Source: a virus
DNA: 43,433 nucleotides
Direction: 5' to 3' (one strand)
Virus genome (UHGV): UHGV-0259702
Every line of letters starts with the position of its first letter. Position 1 is the stretch's first letter. Position numbers and translations under genes: made by a program. Of the stretch, positions 25,168 to 32,421 are shown one piece after another. The notes under the pieces were generated by a model. The model was not told the DNA's origin. It saw nothing but the letters and a program-made list of their open reading frames with translations, and searched no databases.

Positions 25168-26637
25168 ATGCAGCCAAAGGAAATGGAACACCTGCCACTG
25201 CAGCTTGAAAAGATGTTTCTTGAACTGCAAAACCGGATTATGAGGGATGTGGTCAGGAGAATTAAAAAGACAGGTGGAATTACATCTACAGCGGACTATC
25301 AGTTGAACAGAATACAGATCATTGGAAATTCTACGGAGTTCATTGAATCGGAAATCAAACGTCTTTCAGGGCTTACTGATCCGGAGCTATGGGAGATTTA
25401 TGATACTGTAATCGAAAAGGATTACACCAGAACAAAAGCAATCTACGAACAGGTAAATGCAAATTTTACACCTTATGAAGATAATGAGCAGATGCAGACA
25501 TGGGCGAAAGCAATTCTAAGCCAGACAAAACATGAAATCCAGAATATCACACGATCAATGGGATTTGCTTTGGATTATGGTGGGAAGAAAGTGTTCACCC
25601 CATTTTCAGAATACTATCAGAAGTACCTTGACCGTGCATGTATGGACATTGTAACCGGCGCATTCGATTACAATACCGTCCTCAGACGTGCAGTAAAGGA
25701 AATGACAGCCAGTGGGATACGGACAGCAAATTATGCGTCAGGATATGGAAATCGGGTCCCTGTGGCGGTCAGACGTGCTGTAATGACAGGTGTGCATCAA
25801 CTGGCTGCGCAGATCAATGAGCAGGTGGCAAAGGATTTGGGAACAGATACCTACGAAGTAACGTGGCATGCCGGGCATAGACCTTCTCACTGGTGGGGAG
25901 GGAATGTGTACACAAAGCAGGAGTTAATCTCGATCTGTCGTTTGGGAGAGGTAGATGGTCTGTGCGGAGCTAACTGTAAGCATAGTTACTTCGCGTTCGT
26001 AGACGGTGTGTCTGTCAGAACGTACACACCGGAACAATTGCGGGAAATGGAAGCAAATGAACAGGTCGCAAGGTCTTATCAGGGAAAATCATACAACGCT
26101 TATGAAGCGCAGCAGCGGCAGAGAACACTTGAAACCAGAATGAGAAAGCAGAGAAGTGACATTGATCTCCTAAAAAAGGGAAAAGCCAGTCAGTTGGACA
26201 TACAGGCAGCCCAAGCAAAGTATCTGAACACACTCCGGGAATATCAGGGGTTTTCTAAAAAGATGGAGCTTCCAGAGCAGATGCAGAGAGTGTATATGGA
26301 TGGGCTTGGAAGAGTGTTGCCGGGAAGATGGTTTGGATCTAGGGCATCCGATAAAAAGTTCTTGCACGAACAGTTGTCGTATATGTATAATGGAGAAAAA
26401 CAGTTCATACCGGCAAAAACAGTGTTTCAAAACGTGAAAATTATAGCTGGAACAGGAAGCAAAACGGAATTAAGAGTTGCGGGGCGGCTGGCAGAGAGAT
26501 ATGGTGGAGTTGCAAGCGATTGGAGCAAATGTGCAGGAAAAATAGAAAGCGGAAAGTATATATTCGATATTCACTGGTATGAAAAGGGCGGCAAACAGTA
26601 CGAGGCGAAGTTAAAGGTAAGAAAGGAAAAATTATGA
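25168..26637 (+). CDS. MuF-like minor capsid / head morphogenesis protein (SPP1 gp7 family) with about 150-aa C-terminal extension
   Basis: N-terminal 330 aa are MuF-like and follow the portal. A coiled-coil linker then leads to a distinct C-terminal region ...IIAGTGSKTELRVAGRLAERYGG...FDIHWYEKGGKQYEAKLKV. Confidence 0.75.
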   Translation: MQPKEMEHLPLQLEKMFLELQNRIMRDVVRRIKKTGGITSTADYQLNRIQIIGNSTEFIESEIKRLSGLTDPELWEIYDTVIEKDYTRTKAIYEQVNANFTPYEDNEQMQTWAKAILSQTKHEIQNITRSMGFALDYGGKKVFTPFSEYYQKYLDRACMDIVTGAFDYNTVLRRAVKEMTASGIRTANYASGYGNRVPVAVRRAVMTGVHQLAAQINEQVAKDLGTDTYEVTWHAGHRPSHWWGGNVYTKQELISICRLGEVDGLCGANCKHSYFAFVDGVSVRTYTPEQLREMEANEQVARSYQGKSYNAYEAQQRQRTLETRMRKQRSDIDLLKKGKASQLDIQAAQAKYLNTLREYQGFSKKMELPEQMQRVYMDGLGRVLPGRWFGSRASDKKFLHEQLSYMYNGEKQFIPAKTVFQNVKIIAGTGSKTELRVAGRLAERYGGVASDWSKCAGKIESGKYIFDIHWYEKGGKQYEAKLKVRKEKL

Positions 26638-26828
26638 AGCTGAGATATATAGGGGAATCATTTGGAGTAGATTCTTTAACGAATGGAAAAATATATGAAG
26701 CAAGTGAAGAGTCTGGAATGTATCGTGTCATTGATGACAGCGGAGAAGATTATTTGTATTCAAAAGAGAATCCGGCACCACTTGATGGTAGCAGTCCAGG
26801 TGGACGTTGGGAAATTGTAAAAGAGTAA
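26634..26828 (+). CDS. Small acidic hypothetical protein (64 aa), start overlapping the MuF stop (ATGA); candidate immunity-type partner
   Basis: ORF track. Translational coupling. pI acidic. Confidence 0.45.
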   Translation: MKLRYIGESFGVDSLTNGKIYEASEESGMYRVIDDSGEDYLYSKENPAPLDGSSPGGRWEIVKE

Positions 26829-26864
26829 TACCACTTATTCTTAATTGAGTGAGTGGTATTTTTA
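26829..26864 (+). terminator. Terminator hairpin TACCACT-16nt-AGTGGTA plus T-tract
   Basis: Read directly. Confidence 0.45.
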
Positions 26865-26888
26865 TGTAAATTTCAAAAATAATAAATC

Positions 26889-26920
26889 AGCATCTATCCA
26901 GAGTGGTAGGTGCTATTTTT
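26889..26920 (+). terminator. Conserved terminator element copy 1 (AGCAUCUAUC/GGUAGGUGCU stem with two G-U wobbles plus UUUUUAUAC)
   Basis: Near-identical 40-bp element recurs at 36287-36327. Confidence 0.5.
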
Positions 26921-27072
26921 ATACGCTTTCCTCAAGTTTGGGGACAGTATTTGTCCGATCAACCCTCAAGACATTTAAACTGCGGGAAATATCCCCTGTG
27001 GCATGGGAGAATAACTGCCACGGCCGGCGGAGGCACCGCGATAATAAACAGTGGTCAAAGAAAGGAATAAAG

Positions 27073-27696
27073 ATGCAGTTAAGAGACGTATTAGGAGAAG
27101 AACTTTTCGGACAGGTAGATGCAAAGATTCAGGAGCATAATAACGGAATCGATGATAAGCTGAAGCACGTCAGATTTGTGGATTTATCAGAGGGAGGCTA
27201 TATCAGCAAGGAAAAGTACCAGAGCCTTGAGACGAAAGCGGATGGACTGGAGACACAGCTTGGAGAAGCAAACGATACGATAAAGTCTTACAAGGACATG
27301 GATATTGATGGAATCAAGCAGTCTGCCGCTGACTGGGAGAAAAAGTACAACGAAGATACAAAAGCGTTGAACGATCAGATTGAATCAGATCGCAAGATGT
27401 TTGCTGCAGAGAGATTTTTGGATACACAGAAGATCAAATCTCCTTTATCCAGAAAGACAATCTTACATGATTTCCTGGAACAGAAGATGGAATTCAAAGA
27501 TGGGTCCTTTGTTGGTGCAGATGAGTACATGAAGGGCGTCAAAGAGAAATATCCGGATGAGTTCGAACAGGAAGAACCGGACGATGGAAAAAAGATGTGG
27601 GTAAGAGGAACTCATGGTACTTATAGACCGGAAACAAAATCCGAAGAAGAAGCTTACCTCTCAAGAAAATACGGAAACAACAAATATGCGAAATAG
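27073..27696 (+). CDS. Scaffolding protein (DUF4355-like)
   Basis: MQLRDVLGEELFGQVDAKIQEH start is typical of Gram-positive phage scaffold proteins. Coiled-coil. SD AAAGAAAGGAataaagATG. ORF track 26845-27696 with the internal start preferred. Confidence 0.65.
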   Translation: MQLRDVLGEELFGQVDAKIQEHNNGIDDKLKHVRFVDLSEGGYISKEKYQSLETKADGLETQLGEANDTIKSYKDMDIDGIKQSAADWEKKYNEDTKALNDQIESDRKMFAAERFLDTQKIKSPLSRKTILHDFLEQKMEFKDGSFVGADEYMKGVKEKYPDEFEQEEPDDGKKMWVRGTHGTYRPETKSEEEAYLSRKYGNNKYAK

Positions 27697-27715
27697 AAAA
27701 GGAGAATGACAGAGT

Positions 27716-28582
27716 ATGAAATATGGCGGATATAATGTAAGTGAAAAATACAGTTCAATCGTTGCACCAAATTTTTATTTTGATGCAATTTTTCAGCCGG
27801 GAATGACATTTAACGATCAGTATCAGGGGGATGCGGAAGGAGCGGGAGCAGTAAAAGTATTCCGTCTGGCCGCTAAGGCTGCAAAAGATCCGAAAAAACC
27901 AGCATCTGACTTTGAGCATGGAACTGCAGGAAATGAACTGATTTCAGTATTGATGAACAATTCACAGCAGGAATCAACAAAAATTTACAATGTACAGGCG
28001 AGTGCCGTGCCGTTCGATATAGCAGATGCGCATCTTGCACAGTCTACACAGGTTTGTAAAGAAGGATGGCAGCAGTCCGGTCTTGCTTGCCTTGTGCATG
28101 AGGGGACTGCAATGGAAGATACAGAAGCGATCACGACTTCCAATATCATCAATAAGGTTATTGCTGGAAGAAAAACAATTCGTAAACAGAAAGCATCTGC
28201 GAATGTGGTTATGGCATCCGTAGAGACCTACAGTACGATGCTGGAAGTAGCTGGAGATAAATTTATTCCGGTAAAGAATGACGAGATCATCCGTACTGGA
28301 CAGATGGGATATTACCTCGGAATGCTGTGGGTAGAATGTAATATGCTTGATCTGACATCGGCAGCAAAATACTACGATTATACGGAAACGCTTCAGACAG
28401 AGGATCTGTCAAAGGTAGAGTATATCATGTATGACTGGAGAGGATTGCACATCATTGATTTGCTGTCTATGGCAAGACTGAAAGACTCTGAGAATTTTAA
28501 CGGAACTCTTGCGCAGGTAGAAATCTGTACCGGATATCGTCTCGGAGACAAGAACTATGCAGTTGTAAAAAAAAAGGCCTAG
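27716..28582 (+). CDS. Major capsid protein
   Basis: 288 aa immediately after the scaffold. SD AAAGGAGAatgacagagtATG. Confidence 0.7.
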   Translation: MKYGGYNVSEKYSSIVAPNFYFDAIFQPGMTFNDQYQGDAEGAGAVKVFRLAAKAAKDPKKPASDFEHGTAGNELISVLMNNSQQESTKIYNVQASAVPFDIADAHLAQSTQVCKEGWQQSGLACLVHEGTAMEDTEAITTSNIINKVIAGRKTIRKQKASANVVMASVETYSTMLEVAGDKFIPVKNDEIIRTGQMGYYLGMLWVECNMLDLTSAAKYYDYTETLQTEDLSKVEYIMYDWRGLHIIDLLSMARLKDSENFNGTLAQVEICTGYRLGDKNYAVVKKKA

Positions 28583-28650
28583 AGAGCAGAGCAACAAAGT
28601 CGGTGAGAACAAGAAGTAAATAGGTAAAAGCCAGTCAGGAGGAATAGGCG

Positions 28651-29049
28651 TTGATACGTGTAAATTTTCAGTTTTATATTGAAGAATACAATGGAACATT
28701 GATTGAGAGTGAACGGGATTTGAAACAACCGATTCTGAAAGCAAACACCTATCTGAATCAGTTCATGCATAAAGAGCCGGAATATTATGAAATGGATCAA
28801 GTGATGCTTTGTCTGTGTGAGGTTGCAGATTTAATTTATCAGGATGATCTCAACCGAAGAGAGCATGGTGGACGTGAAGTGCAATCGGAAAGTACAGATG
28901 GATACTCCGTGAATTATGCGACCGAAGCCGAAGCCGGGAAGATTGCAGTGGATGCGTTGCAAACAAAGATCTACGCGGTCATCCGCCGATATCTGGCTCA
29001 TACCGGCTTATTATACCTGGGGGTGAATACAAATGCTTACGAATGCTAA
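28651..29049 (+). CDS. Head-tail connector / DNA-packaging adaptor (putative)
   Basis: Position after the capsid. TTG start with AGGAGGAA SD. Confidence 0.45.
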   Translation: MIRVNFQFYIEEYNGTLIESERDLKQPILKANTYLNQFMHKEPEYYEMDQVMLCLCEVADLIYQDDLNRREHGGREVQSESTDGYSVNYATEAEAGKIAVDALQTKIYAVIRRYLAHTGLLYLGVNTNAYEC

Positions 29050-29440
29050 GATTACGATATTCAATCAGTGGCCAGATCGGGAGAGCAGGAAGATGGTGTT
29101 CATTCCTCACGTCATCCCTAAGGTCTGGTTTCACACAAACCAGAAAAGTACCGTAGGGGAAAATGGATTGAGAAGCGCGGATGAGTATCAGATTCGGATT
29201 CCGTATACAGAATGCGCTGACTGGATCACGCCGGATGCGTTCAACCGATTAAAAGCAATGTATGGGAAATGGACTGTGCGGAATGGTGATTTCTTTATCC
29301 TGGGAGAATGGGATGGAGGAAACGTCACCGGAATAGAAGATATCAGGAAAAGGTTCTCTGGAACGATTGGGAAAGTACTCAGTCATTCCGAGAACTTTTT
29401 TGGTTCTTCCAAGCATATCAGGATAGGTGGTGGTTCTTAA
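29033..29440 (+). CDS. Head closure / head-tail joining protein (putative)
   Basis: Synteny. 135 aa. Confidence 0.45.
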   Translation: MLTNAKITIFNQWPDRESRKMVFIPHVIPKVWFHTNQKSTVGENGLRSADEYQIRIPYTECADWITPDAFNRLKAMYGKWTVRNGDFFILGEWDGGNVTGIEDIRKRFSGTIGKVLSHSENFFGSSKHIRIGGGS

Positions 29441-29787
29441 TGGCGAAGATTAGGCTGGATATAGATCCGGTAGATAAAATTCTACTAAAGAGAAGTTTAA
29501 ATAAGAATGGAGCAGGGCAGAAGTTCTTTACCCATGAGGTAAGACGTCTGTCTACACCGTATGTGCCGAGATTAAGTGGTAACCTGTCAATGGACAGTGT
29601 GACGGAAACAGCATCCGCTATTATCTATGACACTCCTTATGCAAGGCGGCAGTACTACGAGAATAAAGGAAAGAACAGATCCGTACATGCTCGTGCCGGT
29701 AGCCACTGGACAGAGCGTATGTGGGCGGATCGCGGGAAAGAAATTGTACAGTCTGTTGCGAAATATTGTGGAGGTAAGGCGAAATGA
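29440..29787 (+). CDS. HK97 gp10-like neck protein (putative)
   Basis: MAKIRLDIDP...SGNLSMDSVTE...YDTPYARRQYY resembles the HK97 gp10 family. TAATG overlap with the previous gene. ORF track 29308-29787. Confidence 0.5.
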   Translation: MAKIRLDIDPVDKILLKRSLNKNGAGQKFFTHEVRRLSTPYVPRLSGNLSMDSVTETASAIIYDTPYARRQYYENKGKNRSVHARAGSHWTERMWADRGKEIVQSVAKYCGGKAK

Positions 29788-30212
29788 GCATAACAAACCA
29801 AGTGGCGGAGTTTATTGCCGGGTGCCCGTTTCTGCAGGAGTTTCAGGAAATGTTTCCGGTTGTGAATGTGGATATGTTGAATGAAGATGTGACCGCATAC
29901 AGTATCGAAAGCACACCTGCAGAACCGATATTGAAACGGTATGCGAACGGTGATACGGTTCGGCAGTATGTGTTTTCTTTATGCTCAAGAGTGCTTTACG
30001 GAGACGAAGAGAACAGAGACACATCGGAATTCTATGAAAAATTTGCAGACTGGCTGGATGAGTGTACAAAAGCGGGTACTCTGCCAGATCTGACAGGGAA
30101 ACTGCAGAGCAAATCCATCCGGGCAACAACAGACGGATATCTGTATGACGCACAGGAGACGAAGTGTCAGTACCGGATACAATGTCAATTTATTTATTAT
30201 AAACGGAGGTAG
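29784..30212 (+). CDS. Tail completion / neck protein (putative)
   Basis: Synteny only. Confidence 0.4.
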   Translation: MSITNQVAEFIAGCPFLQEFQEMFPVVNVDMLNEDVTAYSIESTPAEPILKRYANGDTVRQYVFSLCSRVLYGDEENRDTSEFYEKFADWLDECTKAGTLPDLTGKLQSKSIRATTDGYLYDAQETKCQYRIQCQFIYYKRR

Positions 30213-30219
30213 TGAAAGT

Positions 30220-30747
30220 ATGAAAATGAATATTCAGTTTTTTGCAGCAGCAGGCGAGACTGGTGTTGTAGGTAGATGGCAGCATCCGGGATATCTGGAT
30301 GTTTCAAAAGATTTAAGCGAGACTTACGAACTTCTTGGATTTGGAGTGACTCAGTTGGATGATTCACCGTCTGCACAGGCAACGTCTAAGAGATATGTCA
30401 ATCAGAAGTCAGCAACACAGAGAATCGGCTCTTATGAATGGACGGCACCATTGGAGTTCGACTTGATCCGCTCCGAAAAAGCAATCGAGTTTATTGCAGA
30501 TATCGGAGAAAATGAAAAGACAGGGACGGATGCAGAGACATATTATGTCAAAGTATTTATGGAAAAACCTGTTTTGGAGCAGGAGAATGTTTTCTATGCG
30601 AAGAGAAGAAAGGTAGCTATTGAGTTGGCGGATTTTTCCGACAATGATGGAGAAATTCAGGGATCTGGGAATCTGCTTGGTGTATCAGACTGGGTAGATG
30701 GTCAGTTCGATACAAAAACAAAGAAATTCACACCGGCGGGGGAATAG
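30220..30747 (+). CDS. Major tail protein
   Basis: 176 aa. SD GGAGGTagtgaaagtATG. Position before the G/T chaperones. ORF track 30145-30747. Confidence 0.7.
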   Translation: MKMNIQFFAAAGETGVVGRWQHPGYLDVSKDLSETYELLGFGVTQLDDSPSAQATSKRYVNQKSATQRIGSYEWTAPLEFDLIRSEKAIEFIADIGENEKTGTDAETYYVKVFMEKPVLEQENVFYAKRRKVAIELADFSDNDGEIQGSGNLLGVSDWVDGQFDTKTKKFTPAGE

Positions 30748-30826
30748 TATCCCTCGCTGATAATGCCTTAGTTGGTGAGGAAGTAGTAAGCAAGGCAAGG
30801 ACCAGAAAAGGAAGGAGTACAAAAAG

Positions 30827-31180
30827 ATGATCATCAATGGAGTAGAATTGGAATTCAACCTGTATGATTTGGGAAATCCAGAGTTGAAAGAACGATATAA
30901 GGTTGAGCTTGAGAAAATGAAGCATGTTGCAGAAGAGCTGCCAGAAGGAACAGAGCTGGAACAGAATAGATTTCTGTGCGGCAGAGTGAAGCAGATGTTT
31001 GATTCTGTATTTGGAGCTGGTACAGGAGATTGTGTTTGTGGAAAAGGAAACGACCTGCTTACGTGTATGACAGTTTATGAGCAGTTGATTACAGAACAGA
31101 TCAGACAGGACAATCAGTATAATGAGATTATGGGAAGATTGGAAATGTTATCAAAGGGAAATGCTCTTGTAGAAAAATGA
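30827..31180 (+). CDS. Tail assembly chaperone (gpG-like)
   Basis: 117 aa between major tail protein and gpT-like ORF. Overlapped at its 3' end by the -1 frame of the next ORF. Confidence 0.6.
   Translation: MIINGVELEFNLYDLGNPELKERYKVELEKMKHVAEELPEGTELEQNRFLCGRVKQMFDSVFGAGTGDCVCGKGNDLLTCMTVYEQLITEQIRQDNQYNEIMGRLEMLSKGNALVEK
31153..31159 (+). promoter_or_regulatory. Candidate -1 programmed frameshift slippery heptamer A_AAG_GGA in the G/T overlap
   Basis: XXXYYYZ heptamer in the zero frame of 30827-31180. The -1 frame is open from 31081 into 31177-31794. Confidence 0.4.
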
Positions 31181-31794
31181 TGAATATCTTAATAGAAAAA
31201 TTTCCAGAGTTTTTGATCGTGAATGGTGCGGAGTGGTCTGTAAATTGGGACTTCCGCACCGTTTTAAAATGCAATGAAATCATAGAAAGCGTAGAAGAAT
31301 TGACGGGAGATTCTTTACTGAAAGTGCTGCTGTTGTTTTACAGAGATTGTGATTATTTCACGGAAGAACATGTGGATCAGATGTTTTGGTTCTTTTCCTG
31401 TGGCAGGGATCAGTCAAAGAAGAAATTCCCACGGAAAATTGCAGGGGTCAATGATAAACAGCCTTTTGATTTTCAAGAGGATGCGGGACTGATCTATGCC
31501 GGTTTCATCCAGCAGTACGGGATTGACTTGCAGACAGAAGAGATGCACTGGTGGAAGTTTATGTTACTTCTGGAGAATCTGGGAGAAGATACCAGACTGT
31601 CAAAGGTCATTGAGTACCGGACAATGGATGTGTCGAATAAGAATCTCTCAAAAGAGGAAAGAGAGTTCTACCGGGCAATGCAGAAGTATTACGGTCTGGA
31701 ACAGGCGCTAGTTATAGATGACCGGACAAGACAGATTGAGGAAGCACTTCTCAATGGCGGTGATGTGAGTGAATTGCTTCGTCTGAAAAACTGA
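31177..31794 (+). CDS. Tail assembly chaperone T-part / phage Gp15-like protein
   Basis: Resembles the Gp15 family of Gram-positive siphoviruses. Probably expressed also as a G-T fusion. Confidence 0.6.
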   Translation: MMNILIEKFPEFLIVNGAEWSVNWDFRTVLKCNEIIESVEELTGDSLLKVLLLFYRDCDYFTEEHVDQMFWFFSCGRDQSKKKFPRKIAGVNDKQPFDFQEDAGLIYAGFIQQYGIDLQTEEMHWWKFMLLLENLGEDTRLSKVIEYRTMDVSNKNLSKEEREFYRAMQKYYGLEQALVIDDRTRQIEEALLNGGDVSELLRLKN

Positions 31795-31841
31795 CATTTG
31801 AGATATTTCGCCCATAAGTGAGCGAGTCGTAGAAAAGGATA

Positions 31842-31869
31842 TTGCGGAAACCCTAAATTCTGATATAAT
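31842..31869 (+). promoter_or_regulatory. Promoter TTGCGG-16-TATAAT driving the repeat-containing non-coding region
   Basis: Read directly. Confidence 0.4.
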
Positions 31870-31875
31870 GAATAG

Positions 31876-32281
31876 ATGAGATAAGAACAGAGTTCTTCGA
31901 GGTGGAAGATTTCGTACGATCCACACGCCGATGGTACAGACAGGGGAAACCCGAGAGATGCAGGAGAAGCGTACGCCTGCCGGAGGACTCTAGTTCTTTT
32001 TCTTATGCAGAGTTTTATAGCCACTGGTCATTTTGGCTATTGGCATTTATTCGAGGTGGTAAAATTCGTTGCAACCACGCACCCAAGTGGTCAAAAGAGA
32101 TGCAGGAGAGGCGACGCCTGCCGGATAACTTCCTACTTTATTAAGATATTTGAAGTAGAGATTGTGCTGCTACGCACCCGAGTGGTCAAAAGAAATGTGG
32201 GAAGGGGCACACCCACCGAATATCTTCTTATCCTTGAATATGAATGATTTAACCGCTGGATGTCCGGCGGTATTTTATTTT
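31876..32281 (+). ncRNA. Candidate ~400-nt structured non-coding RNA containing three related elements, ending at an intrinsic terminator
   Basis: Promoter at 31842-31869 and terminator CCGCUGGA-ug-UCCGGCGG plus UAUUUUAUUUU at 32253-32281. No credible ORF. Three related ~60-70-bp elements, each with a conserved GCAGG...CCTGC hairpin. Confidence 0.3.
31924..32226 (+). repeat. Three tandem related elements (R1 31924-31990, R2 32076-32133, R3 32171-32226), consensus CACGCACCCrAGTGGTCAAAAGArATG followed by a GC-rich hairpin
   Basis: R2 and R3 share ACGCACCC(A/G)AGTGGTCAAAAGA(G/A)ATG. R1 and R2 share AGATGCAGGAGArGCGnaCGCCTGCCGGA. The hairpin arms show compensatory differences. Confidence 0.55.
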
Positions 32282-32355
32282 AAACGTAGTGATGAGATTA
32301 CCACGTTATCATGAAATAAGGCATGAGGTGACGATCTCTCCACCATATTCCATCC

Positions 32356-32384
32356 TTGCGATTCCACAATCCTCACGGTATAAT
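32356..32384 (+). promoter_or_regulatory. Promoter TTGCGA-17-TATAAT for the island lipoprotein gene
   Basis: Read directly. Followed by SD AGGAGGAAggttATG. Confidence 0.45.
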
Positions 32385-32421
32385 GAGTATGTGGTAAAGC
32401 GTATAGGGTAGGAGGAAGGTT

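Noticed and set aside
26845-27072. Upstream extension of the scaffold ORF from 26845
   Set aside because: The extension overlaps two terminators and has no SD. The ATG at 27073 with AAAGGA SD gives the canonical MQLRDVLGEEL scaffold N-terminus.
31924-31990. R1 as a c-di-GMP-I (GEMM) riboswitch
   Set aside because: Motif order is reminiscent (ACGC..ACAGGGGAAACC..GAGAG..GCC.CCGG) but the 3' half lacks the conserved GGGGUUACC-type elements. Left as an untested possibility rather than an annotation.
31902-32247. ORFs 31902-32144 and 32005-32247 across the repeat region
   Set aside because: The three repeat copies fall in different frames and the ORFs lack an SD. The region is better explained as non-coding RNA.
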